Source of the DNA: Archangium sp.
GTDB lineage: Bacteria; Myxococcota; Myxococcia; Myxococcales; Myxococcaceae
Assembly: GCA_031367385.1 (NCBI GenBank)
Contig: JANLPS010000039.1
Coordinates: forward strand, 1 to 38,360
DNA: 38,360 nucleotides
Direction of reading: 5' to 3'
In this document: positions 1 to 9,734 of the stretch, one piece after another
How positions within the stretch are numbered: position 1 is the first letter of the stretch
Layout of the letters: every line of letters starts with the position of its first letter
Notes under the pieces: model-generated
Databases searched by the model: none
Seen by the model: the letters and a program-made list of their open reading frames with translations, nothing else
Told to the model about the DNA's origin: nothing
Program-made: the position numbers and the translations under genes

Positions 1-2
1 AC

Positions 3-173
3 GGCTTCTTGCTCGCCCACTGGGACGGCAGCGCCGAGACTGAAGCGCAGATCAAAAAAGAGACCGGCTTGACCACCCGCAACCGGCCCTTCGACCTCAA
101 GCAGGAGCCTGGCGTGTGCCCGGTCACCGGCAAGCCCTCGACCGGCCGCATCGTGTTCTCGAAGGCGTATTAA
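3..173 (+). CDS. proS: Prolyl-tRNA synthetase, archaeal/eukaryote-like type, C-terminal fragment (5' part outside window)
   Basis: Frame 3 reads [56 protein letters not shown], matching the ProRS C-terminal domain (HWDG, E..IK.ET, terminal F.KAY). Not in the ORF track. Confidence 0.9.
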   Translation, partial: GFLLAHWDGSAETEAQIKKETGLTTRNRPFDLKQEPGVCPVTGKPSTGRIVFSKAY

Positions 174-214
174 ATCGACGGGAAGGGTCGGCGGGCCTCG
201 CGGCAATTGGCGGT

Positions 215-1162
215 ATGCGAGGCGTCGCCGTGCTGCTGCTCCTGCCGAGCCTGGCCCTGGCCCAGAGCCTGGCGAACGCCACGCCAGAACAGCTAAAGGC
301 ACGTCGTTGCTGGGAAAAAACGGCCCTAGCCCTGACCGGCACCTCGGAGCCGGGTGCGTTCGGCCGCGACGATGCCGGGTTTCCTCCGCTCTTTCAGCCC
401 GAGCTGGTGCCGCTGTATTTTGGTGATGCGATTTACCAACCGCGGTTCTCCAATCGTTTCGCTGGGTTCGTCAGCTCGAAATGGCAGCGCGAGCAATCGA
501 CTGAGAAGGCCCAGAACGTACCGTTTCTGATCGTTCAGTACGTGGTCGGCCGCGGCCTGCCGTGGAAAAAGGTTTTTCTCGGCGGCTACGACGTCGACTT
601 CACCGAGAACCGCGGCACGGTGTTCGAGTCACCGACGGGGCTTGGGTATTTTCGGGTCTTGGAGTGGCGGCGCCAATATGCCGGCAACGAGGTCGCGGGG
701 TACAAGCTCTCGACGGCGTACCGCATGCTCAACAACACGCTGGGCATTCGGCTAACGGCGGCGGCCAACAACACCTTGGGTGACGCGAGCGCGGTCGGCC
801 GCGCGGCTGCGGGCTGCACCGGGTGCCACTTCAACGGCTCGTACCCGCTCGACTTGATCGCCCGTGTGCTCGAGCGGCGTCAGGGCTTCGGAGACAAGAT
901 GACCTTCGTCCCCGCGACGGACGGGCCGCAGATGCTCTGGGGCCAACAGGTGGCAAGTGACGAAGAGTTACTCAAGCTGTTGGTTGGCTCCGAGGCCTTC
1001 ACCTTCAATTCGTGCCGGCTGGCCTTCGAGTTTCTCTACGGCCGACCGGAGTCGGCCTGCGAAGCACCGGTCTTCGACGCGTGCGTCGCCGCGCTGGAGC
1101 GAGACGGCACGATTCAAGCGGCCTTGATGGGCATGATTCAACACCCGGACTACTGCCAATGA
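215..1162 (+). CDS. Exported protein with a single CxxCH motif; first gene of a DUF1501-type operon
   Basis: ATG at 215 gives a signal peptide (MRGVAVLLLLPSLALA|Q); CTGCH motif; stop overlaps next ATG (ATGA 1159-1162). Confidence 0.7.
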   Translation: MRGVAVLLLLPSLALAQSLANATPEQLKARRCWEKTALALTGTSEPGAFGRDDAGFPPLFQPELVPLYFGDAIYQPRFSNRFAGFVSSKWQREQSTEKAQNVPFLIVQYVVGRGLPWKKVFLGGYDVDFTENRGTVFESPTGLGYFRVLEWRRQYAGNEVAGYKLSTAYRMLNNTLGIRLTAAANNTLGDASAVGRAAAGCTGCHFNGSYPLDLIARVLERRQGFGDKMTFVPATDGPQMLWGQQVASDEELLKLLVGSEAFTFNSCRLAFEFLYGRPESACEAPVFDACVAALERDGTIQAALMGMIQHPDYCQ

Positions 1163-1842
1163 CCCGCGCGCTCCTGTGTCTGATGATCATCGGGTGCAAG
1201 GGCACGATCATCGGCGAGGTGAAGCCGCTCGATGAGTCGACGGTGCCGACGCCCGGTGAGGTGACGCTCCCGGTCGGCCCAACCTATTCGGCCGCGAAGT
1301 GCGAAGGCGTCGCGGCGCTGCGCACCTATCATTCGCTGACCGGTGACGCGCTTGGTGCAGACCGGGCCAACCTCGCCGCGACGCTCGACACCCGAAGGCC
1401 CCGGTCATGGGAGACCGTGCAGTCGTACGGCCAAGACCTCAATCGACAGCTCGGCTACTACCTGGCCACCGACGGCGCGCTCGATCTGGCGACGGTGCCG
1501 GTACGGCCGATGTACTGGGCTGCCGATGCCCAGCTGGGCGCGCTCGAGCTCTATTCGCATTTTCGAGTCGGCTACATCGTGTGCGGCCGAATGCTCGCTG
1601 AGCCGAACGGGTCGGCGGTGTTCATGTCTCCAGAGCTCGCTTCAGCCCCCACCGAGGCCAGCGCGAGCAAGGTCTGTCACGACATGATGCGCCAGTTCTG
1701 GAAGGAAGAGCCCACCACCGAGCAGGTGAGTGACTGTGCCGCCTTCGCGATCGACGAGGCCAACGTTGCAGCCACCACCACCGAGCGATGGGCACTGGTC
1801 TGCGCGGCGTTGATCAGCAGCACGGGGAGCACCACTCAATGA
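1159..1842 (+). CDS. Hypothetical lipoprotein
   Basis: MTRALLCLMIIGC lipobox-like N-terminus; ATGA overlaps with both neighbours. Confidence 0.7.
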   Translation: MTRALLCLMIIGCKGTIIGEVKPLDESTVPTPGEVTLPVGPTYSAAKCEGVAALRTYHSLTGDALGADRANLAATLDTRRPRSWETVQSYGQDLNRQLGYYLATDGALDLATVPVRPMYWAADAQLGALELYSHFRVGYIVCGRMLAEPNGSAVFMSPELASAPTEASASKVCHDMMRQFWKEEPTTEQVSDCAAFAIDEANVAATTTERWALVCAALISSTGSTTQ

Positions 1843-3026
1843 CGAATCTCTCGCGTCGCATGTTGCTTCGAGGCGCAGCGGTGTTGGCGGGAGCGAGCGC
1901 CCTGCCGGCCCGTGCCGCACTGCCGGTTCGCAAGGCCCTCGCGTTGGTCTTTCTGCCCGGCGGGTTCGGTGCGTTGCACTGCACGCCTCAGAGCCTGGGT
2001 GGCACGTTCGGCACCACGGCTGATTCGATGACGCCCACCGGCACAGGCCTCTTCGTCGACAAAGCGACGTTCGGTGGCTTCTCGAGCGCGGTGTTGCGGC
2101 AGATGGCCGTGGTGGGCGTCGACCACGGGTTGACCGCTCACAGCGTTGCAGTCTCGTCGATGTTCACTGGCTCGAGCAGCTACCCACTCGCCCTCGCCGC
2201 CGCGATGCAGTCAGAGGGAGCACTGCGATGTGCGCTCTTCGGAGACATGCCGAGCTCGGCGGCCTTCTCGTCGGTGGCCGGCGCGTCGCTGGCGTTGGTG
2301 AGAGACGTGCAACCAGCGATCGACATCATGGTCGGCTCGACCCGTGCGGGAGAGCCTCCGCGAGGTGCGATGGCTCGTGGTCTCCGGTTGTCGTACACGC
2401 TCTCGAAGTCGATGATCGAACGCAACCCGCGAACGCTGGCGGGCAACGCGACGGGGTACGACACGCTCATTGGTGCGCTCGAGAAACCGGTGCGCCTGCT
2501 CGACTGGCGTGAGATTGCCACGCGCTATGGGCTCGACCCATCGTCAACCGTCGTCAGCTCGAACGCCTCGCGGTTCGCAGCCGCTGAGCTGGCGATTCGA
2601 GGCGGCACGCCGGTGGTCATCGTGCCTCCGGTTGCGGGTATCAGTTGCGGCGAAGCAGGGTGGGACACGCACGGTGATGAAAGCGGGGCCTGCGTTCGAA
2701 CGATGTTCGGCGCTCAGCTGAGCCCTCACCTGGGGCGATTTCTCGAGAGCACCCTGGCGATGCAAGACACCCAGGTCACGACGGTGGTGTTCGGTGAGTT
2801 TTCACGCGACCCGTACTTGAGCGACCATGCCCGGTGTCTCTCGGCGGCGGTCTTTGGGCCCACCGTGAAGCCCGGCTCGACGGGTGCTGCGTTCAACCGA
2901 GATGGCAAGCTCGCGATGCCCGATGGCACTCCCGGTATCTTGCAGTTTTGGGCGCTGCTGGCCGAGCTCGCGGGAGTCACCTCGAAGCCGTTCGGCGCGA
3001 ACCCACACCGATTGGTCGCTGGGTAG
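1839..3026 (+). CDS. DUF1501-family Tat-exported protein
   Basis: Twin-arginine signal SRRMLL; motifs VFLPGG, GWDTH and VVFGEFSR are characteristic of DUF1501. Confidence 0.75.
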   Translation: MTNLSRRMLLRGAAVLAGASALPARAALPVRKALALVFLPGGFGALHCTPQSLGGTFGTTADSMTPTGTGLFVDKATFGGFSSAVLRQMAVVGVDHGLTAHSVAVSSMFTGSSSYPLALAAAMQSEGALRCALFGDMPSSAAFSSVAGASLALVRDVQPAIDIMVGSTRAGEPPRGAMARGLRLSYTLSKSMIERNPRTLAGNATGYDTLIGALEKPVRLLDWREIATRYGLDPSSTVVSSNASRFAAAELAIRGGTPVVIVPPVAGISCGEAGWDTHGDESGACVRTMFGAQLSPHLGRFLESTLAMQDTQVTTVVFGEFSRDPYLSDHARCLSAAVFGPTVKPGSTGAAFNRDGKLAMPDGTPGILQFWALLAELAGVTSKPFGANPHRLVAG

Positions 3027-3038
3027 CTCGAACTGTCG

Positions 3039-3073
3039 TACAAATATGTCCCGATTGTCGGTACCTATTTGTA
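3039..3073. repeat. 35-bp imperfect palindrome between convergent genes (terminator- or REP-like)
   Basis: TACAAATA-TGTCCCGA-TTG-TCGGTACC-TATTTGTA: 14 of 16 positions pair around a 3-nt loop. Confidence 0.6.
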
Positions 3074-3155
3074 ACCTGACTTTTGGGGTTTTGCGCCCAG
3101 CAGGCGGCTTTCCAGGTTCGAACTGTGTAACCTGTTGGCCCCTCGACTTCTGAGC

Positions 3156-4343
3156 TCAGGATGAACGGGGTTGGCTGGCACGCCAGACGCTGAGTGCCGC
3201 TGCCTGCACTTCTTTGAGCGGCGTGCCCGAGCTGCGCGCCAAGGCGAGGCAGTCGTCGAACTCAGGCGCCGCGTTGATCACTTCGGCGCCATTCAAGCCC
3301 ACCTTGATTCGCACGTTGCCCCACGGCGTCACCGCGGTGTCGAAGCGCCGCTCGAGGGCGGTTCGCTCAACCGTCGACGCCCGCACGCCCAGTGAGGTCG
3401 ACTCTCGCAACATGAGCCAGGTCAACGCTGAGCGGGCCTCGGTACTGCAGAGCACTCCGAGCAAATGACCAGGCCGGCTCTTCTTCATCACGGCGGGCAG
3501 CACCCACACGTCGAGGGCGCCTTGCGCGAGAAGCTGCTCCATCAACGCGCCGATGACCTGGGGCGAACAGTCGTCCAAGTTGCACTCGAGCACGTTCAGG
3601 GTCTGCACCTCGGCGCTCGCTTCGGTCGCCTCCCCAATCGACGCGCGCAGCACATTCGCGCGGTCTTTCCAGTCTTTCGTGCCCACCCCGTACCCGATGC
3701 GCTCGACCTTCATCTGCGGCGGCGGCGCCACCTTCGCGAACGCCTTGATCAACGCGGCCCCCGTCGGAGTCGTCAATTCACCAACGCCCTCGAACCGCAC
3801 CGGCACATCTCGCAGCAGCTCGAGCGTGGCCGGCACCGGCACGGGTACCACGCCGTGCGCGATCTTCGTCGTGCCCGACCCGAGTGGTGGCGGAGAACAG
3901 AACACCTCGGGGTCACCGAGCAGCTCGAGCACCACCGCGGCCGCACAGATGTCGACGATCGAATCGACCGCACCGACCTCGTGAAAATGAATCGTCTCGA
4001 GCGGCACGTTGTGAATGTGCGCCTCGGCCTCGCCAATCAGCCGAAAGACGTGCAGCGCCTTGGCCTTGGCCCCCGGGGTCAGCGCCGAGTGGCTGATCAA
4101 GTGCTCGATGTCTTTGTACCCTCGATGCGCATGCTCGACCGCTTCGTCGGTCATCACGTCGACATGGGTACCGCTGATGCTGTGCCGCTCAGCCGTCGAG
4201 CGCTTGATGTGCCACCCGCGAACCCCCAGCGTGCGCAGCTGGGCCTCGATGGCCTCGAGTGACACGCCCAGGTCGAGCGCGGCCGCGAGAAACATGTCGC
4301 CGGCGATGCCACCGACGGGCTCGAGATACAGAATGCGTCGCAT
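3156..4343 (-). CDS. larC: Nickel pincer cofactor biosynthesis protein LarC
   Basis: GGIAGDMFLAA N-terminus, HFHEVGAVDSIVDI, GELTTPTGAA, ECNLDD, MKKSRPG, PEFDDC. Confidence 0.92.
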   Translation of the reverse strand: MRRILYLEPVGGIAGDMFLAAALDLGVSLEAIEAQLRTLGVRGWHIKRSTAERHSISGTHVDVMTDEAVEHAHRGYKDIEHLISHSALTPGAKAKALHVFRLIGEAEAHIHNVPLETIHFHEVGAVDSIVDICAAAVVLELLGDPEVFCSPPPLGSGTTKIAHGVVPVPVPATLELLRDVPVRFEGVGELTTPTGAALIKAFAKVAPPPQMKVERIGYGVGTKDWKDRANVLRASIGEATEASAEVQTLNVLECNLDDCSPQVIGALMEQLLAQGALDVWVLPAVMKKSRPGHLLGVLCSTEARSALTWLMLRESTSLGVRASTVERTALERRFDTAVTPWGNVRIKVGLNGAEVINAAPEFDDCLALARSSGTPLKEVQAAALSVWRASQPRSS

Positions 4344-4364
4344 GCGCCTGGGCCTAGCCCAAAA

Positions 4365-5246
4365 TCAGGCCCAGCGCGTCGGCCGCGTTTTGGTCGACTC
4401 GCTGCCCATCGCGTCGCACCAGGCGAGAAAGGCCGGTTTGGGCACCCCCTTGAACTCGAGGTCTGTGAGCGTCTCGGCCAGCGGCACATCGAGCCGCAAG
4501 GTCGCGAGCGTTCGGTAGAGCAGGGCGTCGACCCGCCCGGCCTCCAGCGAGGCGGCGAGCTTGAGCGCCCCGCGCACGTCGACCTTCCAGTCACGCGCCA
4601 GCCGGGGAATGTCTTCGATGTGCTCATACGCCGAGAGCACCAGCGCCGTGCTCTTCTCGCCCCACCCATCGAGCCCGGGGATGCCGTCGGCGGTGTCTCC
4701 GACCAACGCGAGAAAGTCGGGTACTTGCGCGGGCTTGAGGCCCTTGTCTTTGAGCTGCGAGGCTTCGGTGATCAGCTTTCGCCGCATGCGATCGACCTGC
4801 ACGATCTTCTCGCCCACCAGCACCTGACCCAGATCTTTGTCGGGCGTCATGATGCGCACCTGCTCGACCCCGGGCATCGCCGCGTACCGAACCGCCGCGG
4901 TCGCCAGCGCATCGTCAGCCTCGAACTCGTTCATCGACCAGGCCGTGACGCCAAGGGTTCGCACCGCCTTCTCGACCTCGTCGAACTGCGCGTGCAGCTC
5001 CGGAGGCACGCCTTCGTCTGACTTGTACCCATCGAACAAGTCGTTTCGAAACGACCGAATCGGGTTGTCGAAGGCCACGGCCAGGTGCGTGACCTTCTCA
5101 TCGCGATCGGCGAGCAACCCAAGAATCGACTGCGCTACCCCGAGTGACGCCTTCAGGTCTCTGCCATCGGGCCCGGTGTGCGGCGGCTTCGGCGCAAAAT
5201 GCGCGCGGTAGAGCTCGAAGGTGCCGTCAATCAGATGCACTCGCAT
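4365..5246 (-). CDS. Stand-alone 5'-3' exonuclease / flap endonuclease (PIN + H3TH)
   Basis: LIDG, FRNDLFDGYK, EADDALAT, DKDLGQ, LVGDTADGIPG..G.GEKS motifs. Confidence 0.9.
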   Translation of the reverse strand: MRVHLIDGTFELYRAHFAPKPPHTGPDGRDLKASLGVAQSILGLLADRDEKVTHLAVAFDNPIRSFRNDLFDGYKSDEGVPPELHAQFDEVEKAVRTLGVTAWSMNEFEADDALATAAVRYAAMPGVEQVRIMTPDKDLGQVLVGEKIVQVDRMRRKLITEASQLKDKGLKPAQVPDFLALVGDTADGIPGLDGWGEKSTALVLSAYEHIEDIPRLARDWKVDVRGALKLAASLEAGRVDALLYRTLATLRLDVPLAETLTDLEFKGVPKPAFLAWCDAMGSESTKTRPTRWA

Positions 5247-5247
5247 G

Positions 5248-6747
5248 TCAGCGTCGCCGCCCACCCAGCAGCGAGCCCAAGATGCCGCGGGTCAGCTCGC
5301 GCGCGACTGACGAGCCAACCGTTCTCGCCGCACTCTTCGCCATCATGCCAACCAACCCGTCACGCTTGCCGCCACGGGGGCCGGTGGTGCCGAAGATCAG
5401 ATCTTGCAAACCGCTCGACACCGGAGCCGTCGGCGCATGCGCGGCTTGAGCCGGAGGAGGGGGCCTGCTCGCTTCGACCCGGGCGTTGAGCCGCTCGAAG
5501 GCGCTCTCACGGTCGACGGCCGTGTCGTACACGCCCTTGACCATCGACCCACCCATCACCAACGCCCGCCGCTCGGGCGTGATTGGCCCAATCTGACTCA
5601 ACGGAGGAATCACCCACGCTCGCTGCGTCACCGTGGGGACGCCCTGCGCGTCGAGCACCGAGATCAACGCCTCGCCGACGCCGAGCTCTCCAATCACCTG
5701 CTTCAGGTTGAGCGTCGGGTTGGGCCGCATCGTCTCGGCCGCCGCGTCGACAGCCTTTTGATCTCTCGGCGTGAACGCCCGCAGCGCATGCTGCACGCGG
5801 TTGCCCAGCTGCCCCAACACCTTGTCGGGTATGTCGAGCGGGTTCTGGGTGACGAAATAAATACCCACGCCCTTCGAGCGAATCAGTCGCACGACTTGCT
5901 CGATCTTCTCGAGCAACGCGGGCGGCGCTTCTGAGAACAACAGGTGCGCCTCATCGAAGAAGAAGACGATCTTCGGCTTCTCTCGATCACCCACCTCGGG
6001 CAGCTTCTCGAACAGCTCGGCCATCAGCCAAAGCAAGAACGTCGAGTAGACCTTCGGGTTGTTGATCAACGCATCGGCCGCGAGAATGTTGATCACCCCA
6101 CGCGAGTCTTGCGTCTGCAGCAGATCTTCGACGTCTAACATCGGCTCGCCGAAGAACTGCTCGGCGCCTTGCTCTTCGAGCTGCAGCAGGCCCCGGGTGA
6201 TCGCCCCCACTGAAGCGACCGAGACGTTGCCGTACTGCGCGCGAAGATCATTCGCATGGTCGGCCACCCACTGCGTCATCGCCCGCAGGTCTTTGAGGTC
6301 GAGCAACGCCAGCCCACCGTCGTCGGCCACCTTGAACACAATCGAGAGCACGCCTTCTTGCGTCTCGTTCAGGTTGAGCAACCGCGACAGCAGCTTGGGG
6401 CCCAGGTCTGCGACCGTCGCCCGAATCGGGTGCCCGGCCTTGCCGAACACGTCCCAAAACGTCACGGGAGCGCCTTGCCACAGCGGCGTCGGCAGCTTCA
6501 TCATGCTCAAGCGCGCGGCCACTTTTTCGGTCGCCGACCCCGGCATGCACAGCCCGCTCAGGTCGCCCTTGATGTCAGCCAAGAACACCGGCACCCCGAT
6601 GCGAGAGAAGCCCTCGGCGAGCTTCTGCAGGGTGACGGTCTTGCCGGTGCCCGTCGCTCCGGTGATGCAGCCGTGGCGGTTCGCCATCTCAGGCAACAGG
6701 TTGATGTCGAGGCCGGAGGCAGTCGCGAACACGATGGCGTCAGTCAT
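5248..6747 (-). CDS. HerA-like ATPase, DUF853/YjgR family
   Basis: [15 protein letters not shown]alker [11 protein letters not shown]alker [33 protein letters not shown]. Confidence 0.9.
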   Translation of the reverse strand: MTDAIVFATASGLDINLLPEMANRHGCITGATGTGKTVTLQKLAEGFSRIGVPVFLADIKGDLSGLCMPGSATEKVAARLSMMKLPTPLWQGAPVTFWDVFGKAGHPIRATVADLGPKLLSRLLNLNETQEGVLSIVFKVADDGGLALLDLKDLRAMTQWVADHANDLRAQYGNVSVASVGAITRGLLQLEEQGAEQFFGEPMLDVEDLLQTQDSRGVINILAADALINNPKVYSTFLLWLMAELFEKLPEVGDREKPKIVFFFDEAHLLFSEAPPALLEKIEQVVRLIRSKGVGIYFVTQNPLDIPDKVLGQLGNRVQHALRAFTPRDQKAVDAAAETMRPNPTLNLKQVIGELGVGEALISVLDAQGVPTVTQRAWVIPPLSQIGPITPERRALVMGGSMVKGVYDTAVDRESAFERLNARVEASRPPPPAQAAHAPTAPVSSGLQDLIFGTTGPRGGKRDGLVGMMAKSAARTVGSSVARELTRGILGSLLGGRRR

Positions 6748-6834
6748 GGGCCGGGTGTTCAACTCGAAAACGACAGTAAAAACAATGCGTTACTGCCAAG
6801 AACCTTCACGAGGGCTCCGTCCGACAATGGGTGT

Positions 6835-8058
6835 ATGCGTACAGCCGACATCAAGCAGGCGATCAAGACCGCGCAAGCCGATGGTCAGGTCACTGCGAAA
6901 GAAATCGACTCCCTGATGTTGCAGGTTCGCGACGAGGGTGGCCTCGACGACAGCGAGCGAATCGCGCTGATGAAGAACGCCGACAGCTTTGGTGACGAGG
7001 CGAAGCAGCGCCTGCTCACCCACCTCTCATCGCTGCGCCAGAAGAACGCGTGGGTGAATGTCGAGACCACCGGCAAGGTCGCCAGCATCGAAGGCCGCTA
7101 CGCCAACGTGACGCTCTCGGTGCCGGGCTTGTCGGCGCGGGTGGGGCTGTTCGAGAACGCCTTCTCGCTCAAGGGTACGGCCAAGGCGGCGGGCTCGCTC
7201 AAGCTCACCGTCGAGGGTCAGGCGATTGAAGTGCCGGTCGCCAAGTTCGAATCGGCCGGCGCCATTCTCGAAAAGGTCAAGGCCGCGCTGCCCAGCGCAG
7301 TCACCGGGCTCACCTTCGGCGGCGACATCGACCCGCAGACGCCCGCGCTGTTCGAGGGCCAGGCCGCGACGGGTACCGAGACGGCGGCGCACTTGATGAT
7401 GTTCAAGCCCGATTCGCTCAACCTGCTGCCCGGTGAGAAGCCGCTGCGGGTGGTGGTCACTGGCTACGGCAAGTTCATGGGCATCACCAACAACGCCTCG
7501 GGCACCATGGCGCAGAAGCTCGCCGAGATCGGCGTGAAAGGCGGCATCGTCGAATACCACCGCCTCGACGTGACTCCCAAGGCGGTCGACGACTTCATGA
7601 AAGAGATGGCTGCTCACCCGCCCGACGTCATTCTCTCGATGGGTGTCACCGGTGGGCAATCACAGCTCGAAGAGCTGCCCGAGAATCACCTCGGCGCGGC
7701 CCCCGATGGCGACGACGTGATGATGGAGGACCGCGAGGTCATACCCGGTGGCCAGGCCGAGCTTCACACCGACCTGCCGGTTGACACCGTTGAGTGGGCG
7801 CTCAAGAAATTCGGCAAGAAGCGCGAGACGTTCACCAGCCAGTCAGACGTTCACTACTCGCCCGACCGCAGCGCCTACCTGTGCAACTACATCGGGTACA
7901 ACCTCGCCTCGCAGTTCGATGATCAGCCGGGCACCATGGCCGGGTTCATTCACGTGACCGATCACACACCGGCGAATCAGATGCACGCGGTGCTCGAGGC
8001 CATCGTCGCGGCGCAGCTCGACTACAAGCGCAAGCAGACCCCTGCGCCGGTGAGCTGA
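6835..8058 (+). CDS. Pyroglutamyl-peptidase I (C15) family protein with ~200-aa N-terminal extension
   Basis: C-terminal half has VVVTGYGKF..ITNNAS, YLCNY (catalytic Cys) and AGFIHV (catalytic His); start taken at ATG 6835. Confidence 0.75.
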   Translation: MRTADIKQAIKTAQADGQVTAKEIDSLMLQVRDEGGLDDSERIALMKNADSFGDEAKQRLLTHLSSLRQKNAWVNVETTGKVASIEGRYANVTLSVPGLSARVGLFENAFSLKGTAKAAGSLKLTVEGQAIEVPVAKFESAGAILEKVKAALPSAVTGLTFGGDIDPQTPALFEGQAATGTETAAHLMMFKPDSLNLLPGEKPLRVVVTGYGKFMGITNNASGTMAQKLAEIGVKGGIVEYHRLDVTPKAVDDFMKEMAAHPPDVILSMGVTGGQSQLEELPENHLGAAPDGDDVMMEDREVIPGGQAELHTDLPVDTVEWALKKFGKKRETFTSQSDVHYSPDRSAYLCNYIGYNLASQFDDQPGTMAGFIHVTDHTPANQMHAVLEAIVAAQLDYKRKQTPAPVS

Positions 8059-8060
8059 AT

Positions 8061-9734
8061 TTAGAAGGTGATCAGAAACCCGGCCGAGACTGCGCCGAAG
8101 GTCAGCCACTTGAACACCGGCTGATCGAAGTCGTCTTTGAGCGTGAGCCCCATGATCGGCACCGCGCCATCGACGGTGAGCGAGATCGGCCCTGCGATGC
8201 GCAATCGCAGCGAGGCATGAGGTGCGAGCACCACCACCGTGGTGATGGGCCTGGCGTCGTAGAGCTGAGCGAGCGCGCCCACGCCTGCCTCGAAGCCAAT
8301 CGCCAGCGTCAGCCGCAACCACTCGAAGGCGAAGCGATACCCCACGCGAACTTGTGCGCCTGCCTCGTTGACGGCCTCGCGCTGACCGGTGACCGGTTGG
8401 TCGAAGGTCATCTCTCCGACCAGGCCGATGACGAGGTCGCCCTTCGCCCGTACCGAGCCCAACCGGGGGCGGCCGAACAGGTTGAAGGTGCCGAGCGTCG
8501 TCGAGAGCGGCTCGAAGCCCAAGCGCCCCTGGTATTTGAACCCACCGGGGTGCGCGGCATCGACCAGCACGCGGCCGGTGATGCCTCCACTGAGCGTCAA
8601 GCCCACTGGCGCGGTGTCATCTGGCTCGATCACCGCCTGCGCCTGCACCGCGGGCCTCGAGCCCCCCTTCGCGGCGGCGATCACCACGCTGGGGGTGAGC
8701 AGGGTCAGCTCGCTCCACGTCACGGAGCGTCGCAGGCCCTCGGTCAGCATCACCCGACCGCCGTAGCTCTGGTTCGACTTGAACAAGCGCACCGCGTACT
8801 GCCCGGGCGTCAGGGCCACTTCTCTCGCGTTGCCCGAGGCCACCTCGACGATGACTTGATCTCGTGCCACGTCGCTCACCAGGCTTCGCTCAGACCCTTC
8901 TGGCAACACCAGCACCGCTGACGGTTTGACCAGCGACGAGAGCACCAGCTCGCCCTGACCCGAGAGCTTGAAGTCATACGAGGGGTGTTGCGCCCCGACT
9001 GGCAGCACCGAGGTCGCGGTGACCGTGCGGTCGTAGGCGTAGCGGTAGGCCTCGGCGAGGGTGATCAGCTTGTCGCCCGACGAATCGGCGGCGCCACGGA
9101 GGCCTGAGATCAAGTGGTGGGTGAAATAACTGCCCATCACCTCTGACGATTCGAGCGCCGCTTCATCGGCCGCGCTCGAGGTGATGAAGGCTTCGCCCGA
9201 GGCGGTCAACATGTCGTTGATCTTGATCGTGAACGGGGTCGCCGGTCGCCCGCCCTTCTCACGCAGCCCATTGCCCGAACGGCAGGCATCGACGATGGCC
9301 AGTCGCACGTCGGCTCCAGTGCCCAGCAGCAGCGCCTTCAGCCGAGAATAGGTCAGCTTTTCGCGGCCAAGCTCGATCGCCTCACCGTCGCTGTGGCCTG
9401 AAAAAAAGAACACCAGCACGGTGCGAACGTCAGGCGACTTGTGAAACGACGCCACGCGTTCAGTCGCGTCGGCGAGCGCGCGCTCGAGGTCGCCGACCTT
9501 GCGGCCTTGCAAGAGCATCACGTCGTCGGGGCTCACGTCACCCAGCTCGGCGAGTACGCGGGCCATCTTGCCGGCGTCATTCTCAGCGTACCGCAGCGGA
9601 GGCATGTCGCCTGACCCCGCGTTGTTGCCGACCACCACGGCGATTCGCTTGGTCTCGGCGAACGCGCAGGCGGGCATCACCACGAGCGCGAGCATCAGCA
9701 CGAGTGCGAGGTGACGCCAGGCGGTACGGGGCAT
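8061..9734 (-). CDS. Exported caspase-family (C14) peptidase with probable C-terminal outer-membrane beta-barrel
   Basis: Signal peptide; FFFSGHSDG (His) and VDACRSG (Cys) dyad; LRYAENDA, FTHHLISGLRGAAD; amphipathic beta-strands ending in AGFLITF. Confidence 0.85.
   Translation of the reverse strand: MPRTAWRHLALVLMLALVVMPACAFAETKRIAVVVGNNAGSGDMPPLRYAENDAGKMARVLAELGDVSPDDVMLLQGRKVGDLERALADATERVASFHKSPDVRTVLVFFFSGHSDGEAIELGREKLTYSRLKALLLGTGADVRLAIVDACRSGNGLREKGGRPATPFTIKINDMLTASGEAFITSSAADEAALESSEVMGSYFTHHLISGLRGAADSSGDKLITLAEAYRYAYDRTVTATSVLPVGAQHPSYDFKLSGQGELVLSSLVKPSAVLVLPEGSERSLVSDVARDQVIVEVASGNAREVALTPGQYAVRLFKSNQSYGGRVMLTEGLRRSVTWSELTLLTPSVVIAAAKGGSRPAVQAQAVIEPDDTAPVGLTLSGGITGRVLVDAAHPGGFKYQGRLGFEPLSTTLGTFNLFGRPRLGSVRAKGDLVIGLVGEMTFDQPVTGQREAVNEAGAQVRVGYRFAFEWLRLTLAIGFEAGVGALAQLYDARPITTVVVLAPHASLRLRIAGPISLTVDGAVPIMGLTLKDDFDQPVFKWLTFGAVSAGFLITF

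Noticed and set aside
4365..6747. HerA plus nuclease as an antiphage pair
   Set aside because: Both match widespread housekeeping-type families (DUF853/YjgR and Pol I-like 5'-3' exonuclease) with host-like codon use and no defence context.
6256..6834. N-terminal extensions in the ORF track (also 116, 1012, 1788, 10861, 18254)
   Set aside because: They overlap neighbouring genes; downstream ATGs give proper signal peptides or family N-termini (e.g. PurF needs Cys at position 2).
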